From the NCBI RefSeq assembly GCF_009914755.1, contig NC_060926.1: a DNA stretch of 64,000 bases. One strand, 5' to 3'. Positions 13,376 to 26,475 of the stretch are shown one piece after another. How positions within the stretch are numbered: position 1 is the stretch's first letter; each line of letters starts with the position of its first letter. The stretch comes from the human T2T-CHM13v2.0 reference genome, Homo sapiens. The position numbers and the translations under genes were made by a program. The notes under the pieces were generated by a model. That model worked only from the letters and a program-made list of their open reading frames with translations, ran no database searches and was not told the DNA's origin.

Positions 13376-15799
13376 CATGACTAATAAGGCAATTCAAAAA
13401 GATAAGGCCAGTGAGAAAGATGCGGGGCCTGGCCTCTTGGTCGTTAATCCCTCCCTGCTCTGGAGAAGAAGCGCGAGGAAAGAAAAAAGCCTTGGACTCC
13501 TCATGGTTCTTACCTGACCCACCTGCATGGTAGTCATTCCTAGTGGATGGACAAGGGAGGGAGGGCAGGGATGCTGCCTGTAGATGCCACATTACATAGG
13601 GTACAGGCAGCTTCTGGAGGAGACTGCTGGCCCCTGACACTCATACAAGGTCCACTAGAATCGCAATCACTTCCATTTTCCCAGCACTGTGTGGTTCCAG
13701 AGTCCTTTTACCGGCATGACTGCATTTTCACTGCCTCTGAGGTAGGCAGAGAGTTTTATTTCCATCAGTCATGGAATATAAAGGGCGAATGCTCTCCCCA
13801 CTACCTTCCTTTGTGCTCCTTCTTTAATTACTTTATATTTTTGTCTGAAACTGACCCTTGATTGTATAGATCCATGGCTGAGCTGGGGAGGGTAAGGAGC
13901 TTGTGTTAATGCTCCACCTTTAAATGGCTCTCTCCTTACTCTGTAATAGAATGATTTCTTTTTCTTTTGTTCAAAAAGATTTGGACTCTGGTCACCTGGC
14001 CCAAGTATTGGCTCAGCATCTGCTTGCTGTTAAAATTCTTGAAGCTCTCTGGGCCTCAGTTTCCTCATTTGCAGTATAAAGAGGTTGGCCTAGATTACAA
14101 CTCCAGTCCTGGCTCTGAAATTGTGTGCACACATGGCTTCAGGTTATGGGAATTGTGTTTCTTTGTTCATTAGGAACAAAGAGCAGGCAGTATATTTTAA
14201 AGGTTCCTACTCTATTTTGGCTTCAGTACCTTAATTTTTAGGTAACATTTTTCTTTAAGAGGAGGGAACTGGCTAGTATAAGGAGACCTGCTTTTTTCTT
14301 TTCTTTCTTCTTTTTTTTTTTAAACATTAAAGCCCCTGTCTTCAGGGAAGAAGAGGCTGTTGGATGTGTTTTGAATGTTTCAAATCAAAGCCTGCCAAGG
14401 GATGGAGAGCTATAGGTTTCAATAAGCACCTCTTTCAGTAATTTTAAGAATTTCACTTATGAGGATAATGAAATCTTCAGAAACCCTAGGAGACATACCA
14501 GAAAAAAGTATGACTCATCAGTGGAATTTTCCTAAATACTCTCTCCCCCTACTACATTTGTCCATCAGGAGGGCCTCCTCTGCAGATTCTGAAGACGTCT
14601 ATAGCCTAATTGGATGCTTGGATTTGGGAGCTCAAGAACCTTGGGAACTTGAGTACTGCTCCCCACACTTCTCAGGTCCTCCCAGCAGCCTCCAGGCCCG
14701 CTGTTGAACACTGTGACTCTGGGGACCCGGCTTGCTGTCATTTGTTGGTGTGTCTGTTGTGGCAAATGTTCCTGCTGGAAGTCTGGACCATCGAGAGCAA
14801 ATGCTTGTTTCCTTGGATCCTGCTTCTCACCATGTGACTTTAATAAAAACAGATAGAAACTGTCACTGTTTCTGTGACAAGATGTGTAGGCTTCTTTCAG
14901 ATGTGGAATCTGTACCCTGGGGTTTGCAGGCCTCAGTTGGATGTTAAATGCCCTGAGGTCTATGTGTGTAGACCTTGACTTGGATTATGGGCCCTGCTCC
15001 TATGCAGGAGAGAGGGGTAGAGCCGACTTCTTCCCTTTTGTAGGTTTTCTTGAGCTGTTGCCAAAACTCACTCCCAGCTATTTAAAGATTAGGAAATACA
15101 TTTTTGAGAACTTGATTGGATGTAATTTCAGAAAAAGACACGTACATTTAGAAAAGACAATGTAAAATCCTAAAAGACCCAGTTGAAAGAACGAGTTGAT
15201 GTTTAATTAAAAGCAGTGGGCATAAATGGATTCTGCACATTTTCGTGGATCAAGTTACCTAGAAAGAAAGAAAACTTGTGGGATGGGTATAATATAAACA
15301 GAAAGGGGAGTTAAAATAAAGACTTTAAGAAATTAAAATCAAAAGGGACTCTTCAAAAAGAGTGTCCGTCTTGGGTATTAACCTCCAACATTGAAATGAA
15401 AACAATTTTGAGAAGCTTAAAAAAAAAAAAAAAAGACAGCCCACATTGCGGCCTGCTTCAGATCTCTGGTGCTTTAGCTTTCTGTGGGAAGCTACAGTTT
15501 CCTGTCATTTGCTTGCTGGGTCTAGCATTTGTTCTCTGCCATGTGCATCTAGGATTTCTTACTAGCTATCCAGAGTTATGCTGCCTTGAAAGAAGAGGAC
15601 ATGTGGTTGTTCTTCTAGGCAAGGCCCTCACAATTTGTGAATCCAGTGTAATGGTTAAAAAGTGCTGAGCAGTAACCGGGAGACTTAGGTAAGAACCTAA
15701 GCCAGAGCTCATGTTTTCATTTCTCACTCACTGCGTGACTCGGGGGAAATTACTTTCCTTCTCTGAGACTCAATTCTCTCATTATAAATGAGATCCTTT

Positions 15800-16006
15800 C
15801 AGTGCTATCCAAAGGGACTTTCTGCCATGATGGAAATATTCTCATATCTGTGCCTTCCCATGCAGTGGCCTCTAGACAGTGGCTTTTGAGTCTTAGAAAA
15901 GTGGCTAGTATGTCTGAAGACTTTCAACTTCATTTAATTTCAGTTAATTTTGATTTATTCTTAAATAGCCACATGTAGCTAGTGGCTAACATATTGTACA
16001 GAGCAG
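15800..16006. mobile_element. MER3 (hAT-Charlie) inserted in a MIR/MIR3 (about 15670-16055)
   Basis: cagtgctatccaaagggactttctgccatgatggaaat...tagccacatgtagctagtggctaacatattgtacagagcag. Confidence 0.85.
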
Positions 16007-16509
16007 TTTGAGATGTTGCTGAAATCCTTTCCAGTTCTAACATTCTACGATTCCACACTCTGGTGCTGAGGCTTGCGTTGCTGGCCAATCTCAAGCATTC
16101 GTCAAACTGTTATGCAGAACCTTGTGTGATCCACTTCTCATTTCTAGGGGAAAAAAAAGAGCAGCCAGGCAGAATTCTTCTTCCCAAATAGCTCATAGTT
16201 TTGTGGGAGAGAATCATACACTTCTAGAAACTGTAGGATGTTTCGGTTGGGACTCCTGGGAAAATGAAAAGTAGAATCAGCCTTCATCAATATTTGTTAC
16301 ACAAGGGTCTTTAACATTCCTCCAGCAAGGATGCACCACCAGGTAGTCTGTTCTGTCTGGGTCTGGCCCAGTTTTCCTCCTTAACCCAGAAACTAAAAGT
16401 AATCTGGACATTCACCCGCTGCTGAGTCAAACGTGGTTATTTTTAGTTTTGGGAGCCTTGAAACCTAATGAGGGTAAATGACCTAAAAGAATAGGAGTAT
16501 GGGATTCTG

Positions 16510-16680
16510 TGTTTCATTCAGCGGATAAGCACTTACTGCATGCATTTTGAGTGTCAGACATTGGGTTAGGGATTGGGGGATACCATCGTGTGTGAGACAG
16601 GCAGCCCTTCATCTTGGGGAGCTTAGGAGAGGAGGCAGACAATGCACGAGAGGGAAGGATTTTAGATAGAGTTAAGAAAA
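16510..16680 (-). mobile_element. L2 3' fragment
   Basis: ttcattcagcggataagcacttactg...gtgtcagacattgggttagg. Confidence 0.5.
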
Positions 16681-17982
16681 GAAGATGGTGGCACTAATGC
16701 AAATAATAATTTTAAAAATCATTTAGGACACCACAACAAAAGATGCTGGTATTTAGCTTGCGGTCTCTGGTTGGCCATTGGTGTGGGAATAGTGAACTTG
16801 GAGTTAAAAAAAAATGAGTTCCGGGCCTGACTGTGCTGCTTACTTTGGTGTGAAGTTGGGGAAGTACAGGGTTGTTCTGGGGATACAATAATGTGTGTGA
16901 AAGGGCTGTGTAATCAGCTGAGCACTCTACAATGGTAAGATGCCATTACTATTGTGTAGGCTGCAAAATCTCCTTGTAGATAGTAATTGACTAGTTGAGG
17001 TTCTCTAGTTTGGAACACAGGAGGGAAGAGGAGACTCTCCAGAGGGACCGAGAATGTTGTGAAGAACATGAGAAGGATGCTGTGGGTGGAAGGGTCCTCA
17101 AACTGTCTTCTCTGAAGCCCTTGGCTTCCACTGAGGGGCTTCAGCAGCAGTATTGGCTAAGCTGCTAGCCCAGTGGGTCTGACTGTAATTTAGCTAGAAC
17201 CAGGTATCTTAACTCTTCCCTACATTATACATACTAGCTATGTGTAAAGTGTTACTAAAGGTATCTTTTGGCAATTAAAAAAATACTGGTTAGGTGGATG
17301 CTGAGAGAAGGTGAGCTCAACAGGGGAGAGGGGTCAAGGAATGTTGGAGGAGCTCAGGCCAGCTTCCCCTCACTTTAGGATTTTGCTTCCTCTTAGGAAG
17401 TGGGTGTGAAACCGTGAGGCTGGCAGGAACCTGGGAGAATCCCTGGAACAGGATGGGGAAGGGGCAATGGCTGCACCAGGCATATCTCAACCTTATGTGC
17501 AGAGCACCTACAATTCCCATTGTGTTGCCCAAGTCCTGCAATTCATCTTGTGTCCCAAAACAAATACAATTAGGATTGACTGGTTATAAATTGCTTTAAA
17601 TTTGGCTATAAACACAAAATGTGCTTGAATCACAGCACATTAGACTGGAAAATACCTAAACTCATCTTATCCCCTAACATCTTAATTTAACAGACAAGAA
17701 AACAAAGGCCAGAGTGGGGAATGGGCTTGCCTAAGATCCCAGAATCAGTGGCAGGGCAATAACCCTGAGGTTCTGGATCCTCCTGCAGAGGCAGAAACTT
17801 CAGAACCAGGAAAGGCTGAGGCTGAGTGGTCTTTTCCTGGCCCACAGTTTTCCTTCCCTAGGGTGCCTCATCTGTGTGACATCCCTGCCTAGTAACACAT
17901 ATGAAGCTGTTAGTACACACTGAATGCATGTTCCAGGCACTGCACTAAGCAATCTACTACCTTGCCTCATCAAATTCTTGGT

Positions 17983-18435
17983 GCTCAGTGTCTCCCATTT
18001 GCCCCTGCAGATCCACTTGCTGCTGGGTGCCTCATATGGAATGCATTAAGGGGCTGCCTTGTCTGTTGGGTTCTTATGGTTTCAGCTGAAGGGACGTATG
18101 GAGACCCCAAGGGGAGGAGGAGAGTGTGGTTGATGCATTTATTCATAAGCCTCCCTTTCTGTCAGGTTGCTACCAGCTGGCTGCGTGCCTGCATTGAAGG
18201 TCATAGCTCACATCACGGAGCTCCTACTTTCTTTGGATGTGGATACACACACTCTTCCAGGTGCCCCTTCGGGACTGATAATGGCACCCACTTTACTATC
18301 CTCGGGCGCTGCACCCTCCCTTGTGCTTTTTCTGCACTCTCCACACTCCTTTGTCAATAGTTCTTTTATGAAACCCTCCTTGGGTTATCCCAGTTTGAGT
18401 GCACCATCTGCTTTCTCCTGGGGCTCTCATGAATG
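17983..18435 (+). mobile_element. LTR33-like ERVL LTR, inserted in a minus-strand MIR (about 17905-18560)
   Basis: cccatttgcccctgcagatccact...gaaggtcatagctc...tttgagtgcaccatctgctttc. Confidence 0.65.
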
Positions 18436-19884
18436 TTCCACACAGCGACCCTATGAGGGTCATTCATTACTCCCACCTCACATGTGAGGAAATGGAGACA
18501 CAGAAAGTTAGGAATGGACCCAAAATCACACAGCTAAGGAAGCCCAGGAGGTTCCAGAAACTTTGCTCTTGAACGAGGCATTGCAGCTCCTTGGAGAGCA
18601 AGTGAGGAGGGCGGGTGGGTGGGTGATAGGATGGTCCAGGGCTTGACTTCCATCACAGACAGCTTCTGCCTTCTGTCTAAAGTCCCTTTGCAATTTGGGC
18701 TTCCTCATTATTCCCTCCTGTCTATCAGCCCAGCCAGGGCCATTAAATGCTTGGTGGACAGCCTGTAAGAGTTGGCAGTGTGGTGGGGCCTAGAGAAAGT
18801 GGACAACAAAGTTCGTTTCTGTGGTTAAAATAAAAACTAAGACAAGACAACCCTTAATTAATTAAAGGAGCAGAAATAGCTCCCGGATGTGGCAGGGGCT
18901 GACAGCTTCTCCTCGATGATTTCATTCGGTGGTGATGGTTTTGTCAATATTACATGCTGCCCGGAACCACACACAGTCTCCTCTTCTGTCTGAGAACATT
19001 TTTTTCCCCTTTGAGTTGCACAAGCTCAGGCTGGGAGTGACAGAAGCCAGCCTATAGCTTCACTGACCTACTTCCCGCTGGCTCTCCAGCCAGCAGCCCA
19101 CGCATCATCCATTTTAACCAGCTTTTCAAGGTCAGGACTTTTCACTGCAGAGACCGGCTTTTGCTTGACACAAAGCCAGGTGCCATCAATTGTCCTGTTT
19201 ACTAAATTTTCAATGTTCTTTTTCTTTAGCTGAGCAAAAAGTATGGGTTGGGCTCCTGTTTAGGACAGATAACAAATGCAGTGACTTTGAGCCTAAATTG
19301 GCCACTTCATGTGCTGAAAAAGCAGGTTTTCCACTATTAATGGAGCACCTGGGCCAGACCAAATGCAAACAGTCAAGGATTTAGGCTGTCCCAGTAGACG
19401 GTCACACTCCTCTTTTTTTGTGATGCAGACAAATGTATGCTCCACATAAACACAATGTCTTATTTTTCACTTTTATGAAAGAATTATATGAAACCAGCTC
19501 TTCACAGATAAAAAGCAACTGCTTTGTGTATCTATTACTGTACCTTTCATCTCAACAGGCTTTGTGAGAAACTTCCAGCTGGAGGTACATTCTTTTCTGG
19601 TTTGATAAAGATAAATTGTATTCAGTAAGAGAGAAAGGGGAACATTTTCTTGATTATTCTCTAAATACGAAGTCGGGGGAAATGTGATTTTTTCCCCCAG
19701 TATTCAAAGAAGTTAGTCCCCTTTCATAATGACCCCAAATTTTCTGTGCTGCTCAGCATACTAAAACTGTTTGATCTTGAGAGAAGCTTGTTATGTATGG
19801 AGTTCTGGGAGCTCATTAGAGAATAAAGAGGACACGTCGCTTTCTCTACTAATATCTGCTAATCACTGGCTGTAAGGTACAGGC

Positions 19885-20089
19885 AATATGGTGTAGTGGT
19901 TTATGGCATAGACTGTGGAGTTTGAATGTCAGCTTTTCTCCTGCTATTGTATGAATTTTGGCAAGTTACTTACATTGTCCATGCCTCAGTTTCCTCATCT
20001 GGAGTGTAGAGATAATAATAACCCTTATAAGGGGTTGTAATGGGTAAATATTAGGTGTTTCAAACAGTGCTTGGTATGTAGTTAGCTTT
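19885..20089 (+). mobile_element. MIR (3' end resumes after 20427)
   Basis: atggtgtagtggtt...ggcaagttacttac...gcctcagtttcctcatctg. Confidence 0.8.
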
Positions 20090-20427
20090 TGTCTTAGCCC
20101 TTTCTGATTGTTGAAACAAAAAAAATGGATAATTTATAAACAACAGAAGTTTATTACTCACAGTTCTGGGGCCTTGGAAGACCACAATCAAAGAGCAGGT
20201 AGATTTGACATCAGGTGAGGGCCTGTTCCTCATAGATGGTGCCTTCTAGCTGTGTCTTTTGGTGGCAGAAGGGGCAAACAAGCTCCCTTGGGGCTCTCTT
20301 AATGCCTAATCACGAATCCCATTCACCTAAATCACTTGCTAAAGGCCACATCTCTTCATACTATTGTGTTGAGAATTACATTTCAACATATGAATTTTGG
20401 GGGGACACAAACTTTCAGATCATAGTA
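20090..20427 (-). mobile_element. MLT1A-like solo LTR
   Basis: tgtcttag...ggggacacaaactttcagatcatagta; TSD gcttt at 20085-20089 and 20428-20432. Confidence 0.88.
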
Positions 20428-20920
20428 GCTTTTAATAAGTGTTAACAATTATTTATCACATGAAGGATAGAAAGTCAGGAATAAATGCAGCCCTGTATGT
20501 ATGAATGCATATGCATGCACATGAGTGTGGAACGAAGTTGGTTGTTTGCTGGGAGAAGGGAGCCTGGAGAAACAGGGAGCAAAGGAAGGGGTGGTGATGG
20601 ATATTCTAAAAAAGGCTCAGTGAGATCCTGAGGACTGATTCTCTTCTCTGTTGACTTTCAGCACAAGAAGGAAGACAGGAAGAGGCCCACTGCCTCTCAG
20701 GTTGTTGTCCTTGCCTGGATAAGGAAGCAGAGAAATGTAAAGGAATACATTCACAAACACACATACACAAAGATAGAGAGGAAAATACATAGACAAAGGC
20801 ATAGACTAGACTCAGGGAAAGTGGAAGATTTACAGGGGCAGCCACACAGAGTGAGGGAGACAGGGAAAGAAACACAGGTGCAAAGAGGAAGAGCAACACA
20901 GGGAAAATGTCCATGCATGT

Positions 20921-20921
<1 letters not shown>

Positions 20922-20960
<39 letters not shown>
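20922..20960. repeat. (CA)n microsatellite, about 19 units
   Basis: Perfect CA run. Confidence 0.98.
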
Positions 20961-20962
<2 letters not shown>

Positions 20963-23760
20963 CATACCAAGGAGATGACAGTTGTTCTGGTTTGTTGATG
21001 CTAAATTCTTGGATATAGCAGGATCAACATACTGCTGGAGTCAAATTGTGAAGTTGAATTATCTTTATGATCAAATGGCAACATTAAGATTATGTATATA
21101 AAGTTCCTCACACAGTGCCTGATAAAGAAAAGTTATTAATTTTAATAGAATCTTCTTTTAGTGCAGATACTGGCAGAAGAAACCCCTTTCCTGGAGTTTA
21201 TGTGACCTTACAGAATTTTTTTTTATGTGACCTTACCTTACAGAATGTTTCTTTCCCAGGGTGGGTGTATCTTGGTTCTGGAACCTCCTCATCTATCGGC
21301 ATGTCCCCACCACTTTCTGATTTGCTTGTGAGAGTCATGGAGGACAGATGGGATATAACTACTATTTCCTCTCCACTAACAAGCTGGCAAACCTTAAAAG
21401 ATTGGAGGAATGGGGGCTGGTGGGCAAAGGAATTTGGTCAAAGTACAGACAGAAATAAAATGTCCCTGACTGGGGTACCATATACAGTGAGACCCATACT
21501 AAGCAGTGTTTCATATGACTGTTTCATGATCTCAAAATCCTTATGGTTTCTTAAATCCCAAGGAAATGGGCCTGAAGACACAAAGAATGTAAACTAGATC
21601 TTTGAAATCCCCTTTGGTTATTCTCTAGAAACTTATTTCTGCAGAAGTGCCTTCTGATTGACAAAAGCTCACTTTTATATTCACAATCTCACTCTGTCAA
21701 GGTCTAGTCTGAAATCACCCTCAGAGAATATTGTGCAGTAACTTTTAAAAAGCCCAAATCCTGTCGATTTTTGCATTTAATTTATTGTTTTCCTTGGTCA
21801 GAGCTTTGCTTTGTACATAACCAAATCCCAGTTTTGAGTGCCTATCGCATACTGCTAAGCCATGATGTTGGAAGGCATTTTTTTAATTTAGAGCTTGAAA
21901 TTCCCTTAGTTTACTTTCAAGTTCCTAGTCCTTTGGAAATTTATATAAAATTTCCCGGCCCCTCCCAGCCTCCTATTTTCTGCTCCCTTTGGAAGCAGTT
22001 AATTAATTTTATTTCTCAAAGATGCTTTGTTTCCTTAAGTAGTTCAGTCTGGCTATTCTTCCTCTGGGTATCACTTTTCACCAGCATTTTATGCAAACTC
22101 ATTCAGAAATAGCTCATTGTGGGCCAGTTTTCTCTGTTTGGAAGGACAATTGCTTATGAGGTCAAGGTCCTTATGCATCACTCAGTTATTCAACAGTCTT
22201 CCATGAGTCCCTGATTTGGACCATGTCCTCAGGATAAAAAGACTCAACTTCTGTCAATCCCTACCCCCACCCCATAGAGGCCCCAGTAGATGTGAGTGGA
22301 GCTCAGTGGGGTCTTCACAGGCACTTTGAGTGTGTGTGGGGGTTTATCCTGAAAATAAAAAAACATGAGAGCTGGTGAGTAAGACCAAGCCAGTGCCTTT
22401 GACAGGGAGTTGAGAGATCAGGAGAATACACTCATCTGTCAAGCCAGCAGGACTATAAATGGGAGATAGAACCAAGAGTCAGTTGCCAGACAAACAGCAG
22501 ATCAGAAAGGGATTAGAGGGAATCAGTTCCAGGATGCCTGCTGTGAGCTCTGTTGGGGTGTTGACAGCTCAGATTTATGGTCTGGCAGGTACACAGTGCA
22601 TGGAATACAGTGCAGGTGCACAGTGGCTGGACTAAAGGTACATGATCTGGAAGGGGTCTGTCCTGACTCACCATCCCTCAGGCCTTCCATGCAATATGGG
22701 ATGGAGTGGGCAGCCCCCATTTCACTCAATGAAAGTACAGTGGAATATTCTGGGACATTCACACTTAAAGCCTGATGACTGACTTCTCTTCTGGGTCATC
22801 TCCTTTGCATGATTCTAGGTGTGGAGCTGGAAAAAGTATCTGTGATAATCTCGTGTTTCTTTTATTGCCTTCTCCAGCTTCCTGTCTTGAGCTAGAGGCT
22901 GAGTCTTGGGGTAGAGACTAGGATGAAGATCACAGGTGCAGACAGGTCAGGATAGAAGGAAGTGGTGATCAAGAAAGTGAATGTGCATAGATGGTGTGGC
23001 TTGAGGCAAAAGTCAACAAGACCATTTGCTGGTATGACTTAGGGTAGGTCTTGGGCAGAGGCAGATGATGATGACTGAGACATCTCAAGAATGGCCGGAC
23101 TGATGGAACCAGGCAGAAGTCCAGTGTAGAAGTTTATCATTTTGGTTAGTGCATGATCAGAATCGCATGTGGCCTTAGAAGGGTGATAGCTCTACTCTAA
23201 AATCTACAATGATGATTTTCAAGGAGTTTTCAGGTTTAGGAGCAAAGGGTCCCTTCGGTTGTCCCTCGTGGGTATTATATTGATTATAATTGAATTGGAT
23301 TTAAAACTGTGCCCAGGCCTCAGGGATTTGCTTACCCCTTGTACCCCCTGCTACTTCCAAGCTCTGTTGTGTGGGCTTCTCCATGGCATGTGGAGCCCGA
23401 TGTTGTGTAGAGGAGACCCACTTACAATCAGTTCATTTAGGGGATGCCCAGAGTGTCTCAAGGCATAGACAACTCCTGTCTTTTACGCTAACTTACCTTA
23501 ATTAAGATCACCTGTGTCTGGACTGAGGCACCAGTTTCCTGGGCAGGGAAGTCCTTGGAGTAGGGTGTTTGGCTGTTGTGTCATAGAATAAGGAAACTGT
23601 TCTGCCGTGTGAAGGTATAGCATTAAAAAGAATTTCACCACATTTGAAGGTCCAGAAGTAAGAAAGTTGACGTTCTGACACAGGCCAGAGTAGAGCACAG
23701 ACGAGATGGGTCACAGACGACAGATGAAAGATGAGGTACTTTAGCAGTAGGATGTGGCAG

Positions 23761-24570
23761 TGTGGTGATATTTTTTAATATATAAAATTATTATTTTGAT
23801 TTTCATCTACAGTTCCTGGCTCATAACTCCCACAGCCCTTGTTACAGTCTTTTGTTATAACTTTGGGTGTGTTAGGTGTCAGGGGCAGGCCTCAGGAAAC
23901 AGAATCTAATTTTCCCTCCCCTTTCTGATTGTGAGTCAAGAGACCCTCATTCCAGAGAAGGTCCCACACTGCCTGATACCATGTGGGAAGGAATGCTGAC
24001 ATCATGAAGCTTCCATGAAAACCCCAGAGGACAGGATTTGGGGAGCTTCTGGATAGCTGAACACCTGGTGGTTCCTGGAGGGTGGCACACCCATGGAGAA
24101 CATGGAAGCTCAGCACCCTTTCCCCCATATGCCACCCTACACATCTCTTTATCTGTATTATTTATAATATCCTTTATAATAAATGAACAAACATAAGTTA
24201 GTGCCTCTCTGAGTTCTGTGAGCCATTCCAGCAAATTAATTGAACACAAAGAGGGGGTCTTGGGAACCCCAACTTGAAGCAGGCTGGTCAGAAGTTCCAG
24301 AGGCCTGAACTTGTGACTGGTGTCTTATGGGGAGGGCATCTTGAGGCCTGAGCCCCCAGCCTATGGGGGGAGGTCCGACATTCTTTCCAGGTGGATAATT
24401 TTGGAACTTAATTGGAAGACACCCAGCTGGTCTGTGCTGCAGAACTAGTGGCTTGCTTGGTGGTAGGGAGAAACCCCCGCCCATTTATTCACAGAAGTCT
24501 TCTAGGTTGATTGTTGTTGTGATGGTGTGAGAGCAGAGGAAAAACATGGCTTGTGAGTTGTCCTGAAATA
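23761..24570 (+). mobile_element. MER21-like LTR inserted in an MLT1 LTR
   Basis: gttcctggctcataactcc...ggagcttctggatagctgaacac...gaaccccaacttgaagc; flanks ggcag/agcag resemble a TSD. Confidence 0.75.
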
Positions 24571-24945
24571 AGCAGAAATGACAGTTCTGGGCCTAAGCTT
24601 TAAAGAGGCCAGGTAGTTTCCTCCCTTTCACCCTGGGGAATCCTAGGTGGCCATGTCATGACTGAGAAGTGAGGCACAGCAGCTGGGACTTAGCTGTTTG
24701 TGTTCCTGCTGAGTCCAACCTATCACTCACCTCTGCCAAGGCGCCAGACAGGTGAATGAGCCATCTTTAATATTTAAGCCCTGTTGATACCCTATGTCCC
24801 TTCAGATGCAGAAAACTTCACATAGAGCAGAAAAGTCACCCAGCTGAGCCCAGTCAGTTCACAGAATCATGAGACAATAAAATAATTGTTTTAAGCCACT
24901 AGAATTTGGGGTGTATGTATGTTATGAAGCAATAGGTGGTGAAAG
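24571..24945 (+). mobile_element. MLT1 (G/H-like) LTR
   Basis: gttctgggcctaagctttaaagagg...cacccagctgagcccagtc...ttttaagccactagaatttgggg. Confidence 0.7.
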
Positions 24946-24997
24946 CAAGATATATGTGTGTGTATATATATATATATATGTCCTTTATACTTTATTA

Positions 24998-25218
24998 TAA
25001 GACTGGTAAGCTATGACTCATGGGCCAAATCAGGCCCACCATCTATTTTTGTAAATAAAGTATTATTAGAACACATTTATGTCCACTTGTTTAAGTGTTG
25101 CCTATGGCTGCTTTTGCACTACAATGGCAGAGTTAAGTGGCTGTAACAGAGACCATATAGCTCACAGAGCCAAAAATGTTTACTGTCTCGTCCTTCATAA
25201 GCTGACTGCTGACTCATC
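24998..25218 (-). mobile_element. MER58A
   Basis: tgggccaaatcaggcccacc...tttttgtaaataaagt...acagagaccatat. Confidence 0.8.
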
Positions 25219-25427
25219 AGCTATCACAGTAATATACAAAAAGGTGAAAAATAAACAGACTGATCTTTTTTAAAAGTGTATAAGACTCAGTGTGCAAAAA
25301 GCAGTAGCATATAGGAAATGGCTTGTCTCAATATGGAGATAGTTTCTAATGTTCCTTGGGCTGTAACAGAATTGGGCTTTGGCTGCAACGTATCTTCCTA
25401 CTACCATAGAGTACAATAGAGTAGATC

Positions 25428-25822
25428 TGTGGCCAGATTCACTCTCCCTCCTCCTCTGTGGGAGTCATATACTTCCCTACTATCCCCTGATGTACTTGGC
25501 CATGAGGCTTGTTATGGTGAGTGGAAGCTAAGAGAATGTGACATGAACAAAGGTTTTAGCTGCGCTTATGTGGTTTGGCTTAACTTCTTGAGCCCCTGCT
25601 CTCTGCCATGAGATGAGCATGCTCCAGGTAGCTGTAGCTGATGTTGCCTGGATCTCAGAATGAGTGACCATGGAGCAGAACTAAACCCTGCTAGTGAGTG
25701 AGTCCAAATCCAGCTGAGTCCAGCAGAGCACAGAAAACCTACAGACATATGAAAAATAAATTTTCCTTCCTTCCTTCTTTCCTTCCTTCCTTCCTCTCTC
25801 TTTGTCTGTCTTTCTTTTCTTT

Positions 25823-25882
<60 letters not shown>

Positions 25883-26045
25883 TTCTCTCTCTCTTTCTTT
25901 CTTCTTTCTCTCTCTCTCTCTTTCTTTCTCTCTCTCTCTCTCTTTTAAAATTCAGTGACCTACAACAGCAGCTCTGCCATTAGTCACTGAATTTTTTGGA
26001 GTTGTTTGTTACTTAGCATCATTGCAGCCATAGCTAATTAATACA
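25428..26045 (+). mobile_element. MLT1-type LTR interrupted by a microsatellite
   Basis: cttggccatgaggcttg...ctctgccatgagatgagcatg...gttgtttgttacttagca...gctaattaataca. Confidence 0.7.
25761..25946. repeat. Compound polypyrimidine microsatellite (CCTT/TTTC/CT)n
   Basis: 186 bp that are all C/T except two G; perfect (TTTC)15 at 25821-25880. Confidence 0.98.
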
Positions 26046-26184
26046 AAGCCCAAGAAGCATAGAAAGAAAGAGAATATGCTATACATAAGAATGCTACTAG
26101 CCCATTTAGCACCTTTTTGAAAATTAACAAAAGTGATCCTCTGCCAAGAACGCTTTTTTTCCCATCTTCAAAAATTCCCATATA

Positions 26185-26475
26185 GAGTAGTTATCTTCCC
26201 CTACCCATGGGGGATATGTTCCCAGACCCCCAGTGGATGTCTAAAACTGCAGATAGTACCAAACCCTGGATATACCATGTTTTTCCCTATATATACATAC
26301 CTATGATAAAGTTTAATTTATAAATTGGCTCAGAACAATTATAATAATATTCTATAATACAAGGTATGTGAATGTGGTCTTTCTCATAATACCTTACTGT
26401 ACTCATCTATTTTCAGACTGTTTGACCTCTGGTAACTAAAACTGCAGAAGGCAAAACTGGATAAGGAGACTACTG
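26185..26475. mobile_element. MER44-like Tigger MITE
   Basis: cagacccccagtggatgtctaaaactgcagatagtacc...ggataaggagactactg, flanked by TA. Confidence 0.8.
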
